Assembly: GCA_026914245.1 (NCBI GenBank)
Contig: CP110439.1
Location: 5,952,001 to 6,016,000, forward strand
Direction: 5' to 3'
Origin: Puccinia triticina
Taxonomy: Eukaryota
DNA length: 64,000 bases
Shown here: piece after piece, positions 13,799 to 26,068 of the stretch
Layout: every line of letters begins with the position of its first letter
Numbering within the stretch: the stretch's first letter is position 1
Position numbers and translations under genes: made by a program
Notes under the pieces: model-generated
The model's input: only the letters and a program-made list of their open reading frames with translations
Databases searched by the model: none
What the model was told of the DNA's origin: nothing

Positions 13799-14481
13799 TC
13801 AAAGGGCTGGGCTAGCGGGCATGATGCCGCGTGGAGTTTTGGTATATTCCATGCTGAGGGGGTAGGCGAAGCCAACGCTTGAAAGCTTTTGGATGACGCG
13901 GTCGAGCTTGCTTGGCAATAAAGAGCCTTGACAAATGCGGGCGGTCATCAAACAATCGATGATTTGATCAATTTCAAGATCTTCAGTCCGGGAAGCGTCC
14001 GGGAAGCATGTCAGTAATTGTTTTAGCCAAGAAAGTATGGCGGGGAGATGTTCATGCACCTTCATGGGACTCAGCTGATGATCCCACTGCCTCCGGTAGG
14101 ACGGGTCCTTGCACTGATTCTGGCACATCCACGGCGTCCGGCACGTCCACAGGCTCCAGCACGTTCACGGCGTCCAGTACGTCGGGTTCTTGCACTGCAT
14201 TGGGTACATTCAACATTTATGGTTAGTGGGTTTGAAACAAGTGAAAAAAATCATGGCTGGCATGTTTGCGTACCTTGAACTGATGCTGCCACTGCAACAA
14301 AGATTCCTTCTGGGTCCGGTAAGTCTGGCCCTTGCGCGGCATTGCGCACCCCAGGTGCTGGGACGGTTTCTTGCACGGCGTTGGGCACCACCGGTGCTGG
14401 GTCGGGTCCTTGCACGGTGTTGGGCACCCCAGGTGCTGGGTCGGGTCCTTGCATGGCGTCGGGCACCCCAAGTGCTGGCAC
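13799..14481 (-). CDS. Possible cargo gene fragment of element C, unknown product
   Basis: 39-bp coding-like repeat (PAPGVPDAMQGPD) followed by a helical-looking ORF segment. Gene model not resolved. Confidence 0.3.
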
Positions 14482-14837
14482 TGGAATGGATGGTTGGTGA
14501 GATGGGTTTGAGGTTTTGAAATCAGTAGCGCTATGGTTTCAAAATCTAGACGAAGAATGTAGACAAAGAGCACACCTGATTTTGAGTCTGGTCCTTGCAT
14601 GATGTACTAGCTGGAAATGCCAAAAAATACCAACGAGCGCAGTTGGAGGCTGGAGAAAATAATATTCAGCAAACAAAGCCTTATGAATGATGCAGCCCCC
14701 GGCATCGGATCCTCCTTTGTCTGAGTGGCAACTAGTGATCGGGTCTCTCATCCGCTCTACGACCGGTTCTTCCTCTGTATTCAAACCTCTACATCTCCCG
14801 CAGCACTCAAAGTTCCTGAGCCACATGTTATCAATCA

Positions 14838-15430
14838 ATGGCCAATATGAAGGAACCAGAAGAAGAACTTGAGCAGTCTGAAGTCAAGCAGTATGAAGTT
14901 GAGCAGTCAGTCGAGCAGTCTGAAGGCAAGCGGTCTGAAGGCAAGCGGTCTGAAGGCGAGCGGTCTGAAGGCGAGCAGTCTGAAGGCAAGCAGTGTGGGT
15001 CCGAAGGCGATCAGTCTGAAGCCAAACAGTCTGAAGGTGAGTATTCTATACTATCCCTCCATTATGATTAGCTGATTATTTGTCCTTCTCTCCGTGTAAT
15101 AGACTGGCCGATTGAGGTGGGTGCCGTGGGGTTAAGCCTCCATACTGAACTTCAACCGGTCCGTAGGGTGATGGCGCATCAACAGACGGTTGAGAATAGG
15201 CCGTATAGGCCAGAACCACCCGCGACACGCCCAGTCAAAACCGACCTTTCGCTTTGTGAGTGATATTGGCATCACAGGAGGCAAGGAATCTATAATAATT
15301 TCTTGTTCTCCAGTTCCACCTTGTCACCGTAGAAACCAGTTGCTCAGACAGTTCATACGGCGGTACGACTATCCCGAGAGGAATCCAAGGCGTTCGGATA
15401 TGTTGGCTGTTTTCCACCAACTGGTAGCTG
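14838..15430 (+). CDS. Possible small spliced cargo gene with a 15-bp (SEGKR) repeat
   Basis: ATG at 14838, EQSEGKRSEG repeats, GTGAGT donor near 15038 and CTGAT...TAG acceptor near 15102. Confidence 0.3.
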
Positions 15431-15684
15431 AGCTGCGAATTATACTAGTCCCGCCGGAGTATCTTGGAAAATACGGAGCGGTCTAGTTAGGCTTGAGCTT
15501 GTTGTGGCGGCTATATACGTACATGGGCTTTACTTTCATGCATGGATTAAATATTTTACAAGAACATATACTATAGATACACGAAAAATTTAGAAAGACA
15601 AGTATGAGTATCAGTTTTCATCAGTCCAGGGATTTAATTTTTTTAAACGAGTAAAAAGGATCTATTTTGACGAAGGATGAATTT

Positions 15685-18600
15685 TTAGCGGTCCAGAGAT
15701 ACCAATGCAATGCACTCCTTCTTGATACTTGGAAGTATCTCACAAGCCTTATACTTGATCCATGCGCAGTGCGCAAGAACCTCCCGCGTATGAATAACAT
15801 AGAGGATCTCCGTTTGAATGATCCGGAGCTCAAGTTGCACGTCAAATTTGCCTAGCCCTGCAAATGGATTCGAGAAAGAGCACGGTACAAGAGGCTGGAT
15901 CACCATCCAAGTGTTGGCTGTGCTGGTGCCATTGCCGGAGGTGCGCTGGTGCCAAAAGATCTGTTCAATAATTCCGTATTGAGGTGCACATCCAGCTCGT
16001 AGGGTAATGACACTGTTACTCGGATTTTCTCGCAGGGTGGAAAAAAGGACTTCGTTGATCAAGACGCTGGGGAGCTTTTCGATGGAAGGAGTTACTGCGA
16101 GATATTCTTTCGATTTGGCTTCTTTCTTTTTGGCCCATTCGTCAGATGGAATCCACGGCGCGCCGGTGGAGCAAGGGAAAAGCTCATTGAGGCGCTTGAT
16201 GAGGACTTTGAGCGTAGGTGAGTTGAGGAATCCTTGCCGGCTTTTTGGTATTGTTTCAGCCCGGACTGAAATCGGATCACGAAAAGCTTGCAACTGTCGG
16301 ATAAAAGGCTGTAGCTCGGCGGGAAACATGTTTGGCGTAGACAGTAATGCCTGCAAGTTGCCAATGCGGCAAAAATTCGTGAGAAAGGTTATTTCGAGTT
16401 GGCCTGTTCATTTTCAAAGGCAAAGAGTCAGAATTAAGTTCAACTGCATCTAGAAAAATAAACAACAGACCAAGCCTGTTGTTATGCGCGGCCTTCAAAA
16501 TGCTGCCCATGAGCCGCTCCATCGGGAAAGACCACCAAGCTCTCACAGGGCCAAACTTCTCAAGGCTATCGGCTAGGTGAACTGACATGTGGTGATTTGG
16601 GGCCAAATTGACGTCAGGGAATAGGATCAAACAACTTCTGAGGTATTCGAGATTGTGATGTCGATATTTGTTGATTGTGTTGGAAGTCATTGATCTCTTG
16701 AGCGCGAGGTTGACCATTGATACCAAATGAGCAAAATTACGAAATAGAGACCGCGCAGTTGGCCCCCCATCCGCCCAGTAGACCGGAAGAACGAGTGGCA
16801 GCTGAATAGTAAACAAGTTACGCCACTCATCCGCTTTAAGACTTCCAAAACTTGCTTTACCCAAGACAGGTAAAGCCCGCTTGATCCACGTTGGTATATT
16901 GATTTGAGGTAGAAGCTTATTGATGAAAGCCACCATCTTTGCATCACAAATAATCTTGTCTTCGCTTGGTCAAGTCCAGGAGCCTGTGTCCCACCCTTCA
17001 GCGTCGAGGCAAGGTGAGAAAGAGTTATCGTCCGAGTCAGATTGGAACTCCATGTGATTAAAGAACTGCATGCCAATCAGAAGGGCAGGGTCTTTGTCGT
17101 CGGTTTCAGCTGGGGGATGAAGCGCGGCAAGATTCGGATCCTCAACATCGTCCCACAAGCCAACTAGCTCGCCATCTGCGAGAGGTCCGGGATCTGCTTC
17201 ATCTTCGACATCGGCCATGCTCCAAAAGGTTCGACAATGCCAGTTGAGCAGCCCCAACAGGAGATTGTGCATTGAATCAACGACGTGGTATGTGAGAATA
17301 TCCCAGTAAGGCAGCTCTAGCTTGACCGAGTATTGAACGCCGTGGTCTTGTAAGATCTGCTGTCGAACCTCGAGGTTTGGGGCGTCTCGAGAACTGATCG
17401 CCCATTCTCTGTGAGTGGCCAGGTCTCGGGATTGAGATTGGTGATCTCCTGCTTTGTCAGCAGACACTTTGAGCACATCCGATTCGCTGTGGGGCCTGAA
17501 AATCCGAGAGCCCGGCGGAGAGCTGGTAAATCGGCGAAGAATGGGAGGATGGCTGCGCAGATGTGACGTCCTTGATGATGAAGATAGGTTTTAGAGAGGA
17601 CCAGCCCTTTGTCCCACAGTACCTTGAGCTGTTCGACAATGGGTTGGAGAATCCAGTTAATCTGCTCGAGGGAAGGCTCTTTTGGACCCGGGGCGATGCC
17701 AACAACAAATAAATTTTGAGGGAGGTATTGCATGTCTAGAGGCAAGGAGTAGCAGACCATGACGATAAAGGTGATGCTTGCGTGTTTTCCTGCCTGTTTG
17801 TTCCCATAAGGATTGATGCCGTCTAAAAAGAGTCCAAAAGTTAGATTGTTGGGATTCTGGGTATACCGCTTCCCATCTGGACCAAGGAACTGTTTCCAGA
17901 TTCGCGAATCATGGATGTCACTTGCTTCGTGGTCGGGATTGAAGGGGGTACTAGAAAGAGCGGCAACGGATTCCAAAGCGGCTTCAACTCCTGGGTGAGA
18001 AAAAAGCCTAGCGAGCCAGTCGTATAGATTCTGATAAGCATATGTCTTGAGTGGGCAGTAGGTGTTTTTTCTGAGTTGATACAAGTCGGCTTGGCATGGG
18101 CTAGCGGCTTCCCTTAAAGCCGCTACATTCAGATTATTACCGTGAGGAAAAACCAGATTGATACATTTTGGTGGAATTGGAGCGGCAGGGATTTTGGAGC
18201 CTTTGGCCTGAGGGTTGGACTGGGGGTCTGGCTGTGGGTACATCGCAAAGCAGCTCGGGCAGCAAGTAACTCTGACAAGTTTAGGATCGATCTTGAACCA
18301 TTTGATGAGGGTTTGAGCGTCGGATGGTAAATTTTTGAGGGTTTCCTCTTGTCGAAAATCAAGGGGCTTGTTTGGAAATTTGCCCAGTGCACCGGAGGCC
18401 GTGAGAGCTAGCAGTTCCCTTCCGGATTTCAAAAGCCAAGACGCCGTTTGTAGTGAAGTGTGATCGCAAACCGTAAGAATCGCGGCCAAAAGCGACATGT
18501 GTAGGACCGCTGGGCTTGCGTGCCTGAGGCTGAAGTTGTGATAAGGACCTATCGAAAAATGAATTATTCAAGAAAGAAAAATGAATTATTCAAGAAAACT

Positions 18601-19048
18601 AAATCTTGGTGCTATCTATGATAATCTTGGCAGTCAAAAAATACATACTACAGTCATAGACATTGGATCTGGCGGCAGGGCTTGGAGCCGGACGTTGGGA
18701 AGAGAGAGCCAGTCGATCAATATTGAGCTCTGGGACCTCAGACCCTATGCCAGCGCTGTTGTTGTCACTATCCGAGTCCTCGTCGGAATCTAGGGTTGCG
18801 AATGGAATGGCATCACTTTTTGGCGGATTCTTGGCAGGAGACAAAAAGACACAGAGAAAAGATGTACCTTGAGTTCCTCCAAACCGGGCAGCTGTATGCA
18901 TATCAGCTATTGCATGGCTGGCTCTAGTAGTGGTAGAAACCAGAGCGCCGAGTGCCCATTGACCATTACGGTCCCGAAAGCGCAGTTGAACACATCCAAA
19001 TGCACGACACCGACAAACCACCGCAGCTGATCGTCCGGCTCGACTCAT
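15685..19048 (-). pseudogene. CACTA Tnp2/TnpD-type DDE transposase, multi-exon, disrupted
   Basis: DIHDSRIW, LFLDGINPYG, GIAPGPKEP, ADLPALRRALGF, LPYWD..VVDSMHNLLLG, LKADEWR, PNHHMSVHL..FGPVRAWWSFPMER. Frameshift near 17410 and in-frame TGA at 16970-16972. Confidence 0.92.
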
Positions 19049-19855
19049 GGCGGCAAGATAGATGGGAGAGCGGAAGGAGATTGTAAGAGCCTAGATAAGA
19101 GCCTAGATGAAAGATGTGAGCTTGAGGACGAGGAGCACAAGGAGATGTTTTTTTAAGTTCAAGAGGAGGGCTGCCCTTACGTTTGTGAGATTTGCTTTCG
19201 AGTGAGGGTGGCCGTTGCGGATTGGATTACGTGAGGGTGGCCGTTGCGGATTGGATTACAGAAGCTTCAACTCCGATCGCTGCAATCCGTTAGTAGTGGA
19301 GGTTGAACGGTTGTTCTTGCCAAGACGTGCATAGTTTATCCAAATCGGAAATTAGCTGGTCGGTGATCGGAAATTAGCTGGTCCAATCGGGAGTCTGGTG
19401 GTCCGTCCGTGGTATCACCACAGGAGTTGCAAGGTTTAAATGACATTAGCTAGTCCTACATGTCCACCGCGATGCCAGCCAAGGCCTATGAGACGCAGTT
19501 ATTGTTGGATGAAGCTGGAGACATTGGGCGCCGGTAACTCAAAGGCCCAAGGGGTGCAGTCCTGGAGAGAGGCAAGGGCGGTTTTTTTAGCCAAATATTG
19601 TAGCAAGCACGAGATTTTGAAGAAGTAGAGACTGAATTTCATCTGTATGATACGCGCTTCAAAGAGAAGATATACAAAGAAGTGAGAACTATAATCTATT
19701 CACAAGGAGAGTAAGAGCTATTCACAAGAAGAGTAATAAAGAAAAGCTATGTACACTATTCACAAAAAGAATAAGAATAAGACGTAAAAGCTATATACAC
19801 CGTATTCACAAAAGTGATGAGTGATGAGAAACTTGGAAGATCTGACCTCCTGGGC

Positions 19856-22800
19856 TCATTGCATCTTCTCTAGGTTCTTGATGGTCCTCCCCAACAATGT
19901 GCCCTGGATATTTAAGTTGTCTATCCGGTGGATTTGCTGGGCCCTCAGCCAGTCGTCACAGTATACGTTGGATGATAGTGATTTGGGGGGTTGCCGCTCA
20001 CTGATCTTGGGCTGAAGAGGGCGAAGTCTTTCATGCGAGCGCTTGCCGTAATCTTTACATCCTGATTTCCTCTTCTCCTCAATCAGCTGATTGAGCAATT
20101 TGACGGCCCTGTCTATTCAAGCATGGCGCCACGGCAAACGTTCGACTATCACCCGCTTTGGTCGCTGCTCGCCCTTGCCGTCCGTGTTGGAATCTTCTGG
20201 TTCACCCGGGTCAGTCTCGGCGTCGCTAGTAAATTGGGTGATCACTGGGATGAGTGGTACCAGTGCCGCATGTCTGGAGAGGAATTTGACTCGATTTTTG
20301 CGCAGCTGAGAGTGGGAAATATATGCGGGATAAGTAAGAAGTTAGAACTCAAGTAAGAGTAAGTAGCTTTGCTTACACGTTTGGTGCGCGCAGTTCGACG
20401 TTTCTTTATGCACTGCTTGTCCAGTCGTTCAGGATCCCATCCTGCTTCTCGGTATGTCCGTTGCAGCTGCTTGGCGTGATTCAAGATTGCATCGCGAATT
20501 TTTTCCTCGGGAGTGTTTTCCATATCAACATCACGGTACTCCTGAGCTCTCACCAACTTCATAAATATGTTGTGGGCAAGGTCCCAAAGAAACAAGTTGT
20601 CGACATGTTTAGCACCGCGGGACAAGTCTGGCTGGAATGATACTACACCTGCCCGGCGCATGGAGCGCCACATGATCCGGAGCGTGGTTGCAGATGCATC
20701 CTTGTGACCAGGTCCGTCAGGATATGGAAAGTGCGGGTCGACATTGTCATTGTCATCTGAGGAAGAGCTTGAGGAGCTTCTTCCCTTGTCATCTGAGCCG
20801 TCCTGCGGGCGGTAGTGCTGGTCCCTATTCCAGTTGGCCTTTTCGCCTTCAGTGGCTGGGGGTGGGAACTGGTGCAGCTCCATCGTCTTGCCGAATAGTG
20901 TCTGGATATGTGTGCGGACTCGTCTCTACATACAGTGAATCACAATATTAGTTGAATGTACTACGAATATAAAGTAATATACTACTTACCAAGAGAGCTA
21001 AGTCTCGATTCCCCGATGAATGCAATGGACGGCCTGTGTTCATCTGAACTTGGCTAGTGCTTGGCCTAAGCGACGCCGTCTGGGCCATCTCCAGGCAATC
21101 TGCTAGACGATCAGTCGCTTGGGTAAACACAGTCAGCATGTTCTGGCCAACACCGACGCATGGGCATCCAGCCGTGGGGCGAGGTGAGCTGTGATCATAA
21201 TTGATGCATGGGCATGGAGCCATGGGGTCGGTCCGGGTGCGATCGTGAGCCTGTGGGGTTGGAGATCTAGGTGGAGGTGAGACGCCCCGCGGCACTGAAC
21301 TCCTCCAGCTGCTAATCATCCCTCTTGGTCCGCTCGGCGATGAAGGTTGATTGGGTAGAAACACCTCGTCATCATGGAAGGAGGGCCGGATGATAAGGCT
21401 GTTGCGCCGAGGACGTTTGTGTCTTTGTCTACGGTGGCGAGCTTGGGCAGAAGTAGGAATGAGACCAAGTGACGTGGCTGGGACGGCTCGTTGTTCCACG
21501 CTTGCGCCGGTCGGGGAAGAATGATCAGTCGGGATAGCTCGTCGTTTACCGCTGGCTCTAATCGGAGAAAAATGATCAGGCTGCTTCCTTTTGGTCCTGA
21601 AAGCCGCAGGCGAAAGGCTGTGAGATGTGGGCCCTTCAGGGCCGGTAAATCCTTGGTCGTGTGGGGCAAGTGCAGGTTCCGGCTCATTGTCGTCGTGAAA
21701 GGATTGTGAGGTGGAGGGATGGTGATTACCGAGGGGGTTAGTATTATCTGCACCATGACCACAGCGTGGCAAGAAATCTTGCGGTTGAATTCTCTTCTTT
21801 GAAGCATTAGGATTGGAAGGGGGGCTGGGCACGGGTGCTTCAACCTGGGGGTCGTCGTGAAAGGAAGGTCGCACCCTGTAGCTGTCTTCTGTGGATTGCC
21901 TACGCCAACGTGTGGCGGAAGAACAGGCTGGGGCTTTGCGAGCTTGTTTGGCGCGGTTGGCATTCGGAGAAAGGTCGTCCGCTCTGCTCCTCTTCTTCGA
22001 CGTCTCCGGAAGGGCGGGAACAAAATTGATGTCATCATTAGCTTGATGCACCGGACGTCTCCAACCCCGACGGCCTCTTGGCTGCGATTTCTTGGTTCGC
22101 GGTCTGCGTTGGGCTGGTCTCTGAGTTTCGGAGGTGGGTTTAGCTCTCTTGCCTCTGTGCTTCTCGATTGGAGGACTTGTCAAATTTCTTCGAGCGCTGC
22201 CCGAAGCTGCAACGTTTCTTCGACCACTGCTCAAGCCCAAAGCTGCATTGATGATTGATCTGTTATTGCTTCCCAAAGCTGTAGCGGCTGATCGCACAGT
22301 GTGTTGCTCGGTGGTCTCAGTGTACGCCAACGATGGTTGATAATTGGACGATGAGGCAGGCGAAGTTGGAGACACGGAGGCATTGCGAGGATACCCAGCG
22401 GGGCGGTACACAAACCCATGCTCTTCGTCACTGCCGTAATTACTAGTTTGTTGAACTCGCACTTGATTTCGGCGTTGGCGCCGATTAGATGAGGCCGAGC
22501 AATCTGAAGAGGCCGGGTGTCTGGCATGAGGCCCAGGACTCAATCAAGGGGCTTTGGACCGTTTGGATGGGGACTGCTCGCTGGAACGTAAGATGTTGTA
22601 GTGCGCAACCAACCGGGCCATCCGAGTATTTTCGTTGTACGCCACGCCGTGAACAGTTAAATAGGCTTCGATTTCTTCCCGAGAAAGTTCCGAGGGATCT
22701 GCAGATAGTAAAATTAGTATGATAACAACAAATACGATACAGCCAAAGAAAACGCACCTGGCCAGTGCGAGTGGGCTTCAGACTTGCGCTTGCCAGATCG

Positions 22801-24222
22801 TGCCGGGATGCTGGAACCAGCTCGATCCTCAGGCGTGCCGGTGATTGATGGGGTCGGTGATCCTTCCCGGTGGCTCGATGGGCTCGGTGATCCTTCTTGG
22901 TGGCTTGATGGGGTCGGTGATCCTTCTTGGTGGCTTGATGGGGTCGGTTGGCTCGATGAGGTTGCCCGGTCTTCTTGGAGTGGCTTGTGGAAGGAGTGGC
23001 TTTCTTCACCAATGTCCGATTGTACTTCGCGAGCTGAAGATGCTTGAGAATCACGGTCTGTTGGCACTGAAGAATTACCAAAGGATCCAGGGTGACGGTC
23101 TCCTGGCACTGAAGGTTCCGCGGGCTCGCGGTCTACATCAGACTTGCTTCTGGAAGAGGAATCACGCAAGGAAGAGACACTAGATGATGATTCTTGTGAG
23201 GCCAATGCGTCAGTTGGGGAGTCAGGAGGCGGGGTCGGGGCCGTGTCAAAGGGGGATGGTGATACGGCAAAAGACGTGCCTGGCAAGGAAGGGGGGTCAA
23301 CCTCGCTGCTGTTGCGTGAATCAACAAAGGAAGATTGTCGAGAGGAAGAGCCTGCGGCGGGGGGCTCAAACGACGCTTCACGGTCAAAACGAGATGGCGA
23401 TACCGCGAAAGACGTGCCTGGCGAGGAAGGCCGGTCAACACCCTCGCTGCTCATGTGGCGTGAATCAGCAAAGGAAGATCGTGGAGAGGAAGAGCCTGCG
23501 GTGCGGGGCTCAGATGATTCTGCATGGTGGTCATATTCACGCAGACGAACGGAGTTTTCAGCATCTGATTCATCCTTGATCGAAACTCGGGATCCAGATT
23601 CACGGTCAACCGACTCGGATGAGTGAGAACGGGTGCGCGCTTCACGGGAAGCCCTCAGTCGCGGAGATTGCCGGAGTGATCTTGATCTTGATCTTGAACT
23701 TTGAGATAAAGAACGGCCTTTGGGGGGGGCAACGGAAGATCTAGTTGTTTGAGAGGTGGAGGGCGCAGTCGAGGACCTTGGTGACATTGTTGTTTGAGAC
23801 GAAAGCCTTGCAGACCGGCGAAACGGGGAAAAAAACATCACTTTTCTGCCTTCAGTCCTGTTGCGCCTAATTTTTCCAGCATGACTTGGATCGCTCGGGG
23901 GGTTTGGGGAAGTGTACGGGGCAGGTGGTGGTGGACTGGGGGCAGGCGGTGGTGGGCTGGGGGTAGGCGGTGGTGAGCGCTTGTGTGAGGAATTTTTCTT
24001 GCGCTTCTTCTGATCAGGTTGTGATTGTCTCTTAGCAGTCGGTATCACGACGGGTACGGTGTTGTTTTGGACTGGGCGACCCGGGGCGAGATCTTCGTCA
24101 ATGTACAGCTTAACTAAGTGGCCACGTTTGGCCTGCACAGGATAATCCACGGAGCAGAGAGCCAAGAAGATCTTGATCTGATGCACCGTAAGTTGGTTCG
24201 CGGCTGGCAAAGGTAGAAACAT
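19856..24222 (-). CDS. Large multi-exon accessory (TnpA-position) gene of element C: HeH/LEM-like N-terminus, long S/P/R-rich region, globular C-terminal domain
   Basis: Consecutive long ORFs (502, 531, 213 aa) separated by short intron-like gaps with GTGCGT/GTAAGT/GTAAGC donors. N-terminus NQLTVHQIKIFLALCSVDYPVQAKRGHLVKLY. Intactness not fully verified. Confidence 0.65.
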
Positions 24223-25775
24223 TTAATCTGAGCTGCTGCAATAGAAAACACGGCAAAGAAAATACAGAAGTTTATTACTGACCTGGCATTGGCGCATCTA
24301 ACGAATCCTGTCCTGTCCAACGCTCCACAGACTGGGGAGACTCCGTGCGGGCAAGGTGAACATAGCGTTGAAATAAAAGTCCGCGGCGTTCAGTTGGATC
24401 GAACTGGATTGCAAATGCCTTCAGACGTTCCTGCAGCATTGGAATGGCAAGTCAATTGGGATCTAAGAGGATTACATTGTAAGTTGTGGAATCGAGATAG
24501 GAGGCATCCAAAGAGAATAGATATAGGCTCAATTACCTTCCCAAAGTGTCTCGTCTTTTTTTGCTCTGCGCTTCATGATGCCTCAAGTACAGAAGAAAAA
24601 TCGATGGCTTTGGAACCTTTGGAGCCGATGGGGAATAATCGAAGAAGTATTGGCTAGGTCAAGTTGGACAACAGGATGGAAATAATGGGATGATCGGATG
24701 AGTTGGAAATAATCGGACGATCGGAAAAGTATCAGTCAAAAATTGCTTCAAGCGCTTCTAGATGGGAGAATTGTCCAGCTTCAAGCTTGGAACGTACGGA
24801 AAAGAGGGGGAAAATCTGGAGCGCGGAAGATGATAAGGACGAGCGGATGGACGACCTGAGAGGGGGTGGACGAGGGGTTCGAGGCCAACCGGCAAAATGG
24901 TCGGTGAACATGACTTTCGAAAGGGGTTGGACCTGCCTTTCAAATGGAATGTTTGGGTCAGTTGGTGATAACCGTTCAAAGGTTAAAAAAGTTCAAAAAT
25001 GAAAGAAATTGCGCTGCTTACCGACTTTTGTGGTGATACATGATCGGGCCGATGGACTGTTGCAAACAAGGGCGGTGGTGGTACCCTTTTGTGCCTATTT
25101 TGAACAAAGATCGCCGCGGTGGTTGATTGCTGGTGTGGTTTCGCGGTGGTTGAGTTGATGGCGGGAGAAGGGAAATTGCTAGATAGGCCCGCGGTGGGAT
25201 CTGGTGGAAATGGAGGCCAGTAGAGGCCGGGTGCCCAGACCCTTTGGCCCGCATGAGCCCGCGTGCCAGATGCGCGCGGAGAGTTTGCAAATCTGGAATT
25301 TGATTGGCTGCCGGAAGCTGCCGGGCAGGCCGTTGCTGTACATACGTCATGTGTATCCAAGCTTTCTTTTGCTCTTTTTCTGTGGAGGCTTTGGTACGTA
25401 CACACTCTATAATGACATCATCGCTGACCCAATCAAAGCAGCAAGCTCAAAATTTGCTTTTTGTTCTACATATGTATTCCACGAACGTTTCCGAGCTCGA
25501 TTCCGGTTTCGACCCTCCTCCAATTGATGAAAGGCTCCCGGCGGCGCACCACCACCAATCAACCACCTTGCACGAGGCCCCTATCCAAATTGACCAGCGC
25601 TGGGGCGGCGGGCAATCTGAGTTCTTTTATTTTGAAAGGCTCAAATATATGTAGACGAAACGCAAGGGTTGGGGCCTTTGGTTGATCTGTTTGGCCGCCA
25701 TGACGTATGCACTTGGGTATCGACCACGAAGGCCGCGGCAGGTTTCCGTGAATCTTGAGTGCTCTACGTACCGTA

Positions 25776-25925
25776 TGTGATCTCCAATCTTATCACTTAA
25801 CCAGTTGCATTGCTGTTTGTCGAATTGTGATCTCCAATCTTATCACTTAACCAGTTGCATTGCTGTTTGTCAAATTGTGATCTCCAATCTTATCACTTAA
25901 CCAGTTGCATTGCTGTTTGTTGAAT
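25776..25925. repeat. 3 x 50-bp tandem repeat upstream of the + strand cargo gene
   Basis: TGTGATCTCCAATCTTATCACTTAACCAGTTGCATTGCTGTTTG starts at 25776, 25826 and 25876. Confidence 0.95.
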
Positions 25926-26068
25926 CCGTACACGTCCAGAACCACCTGAAAATTCTAACTTTCTACCGTTACCCAGTTGCACCCAGATCCTGTCAGCTGT
26001 GTTATGATTTTCTAGATCAGCTTGCATTGCAGCCGGACCTTATCAGCCATCACAAGTTACAAACTGCC

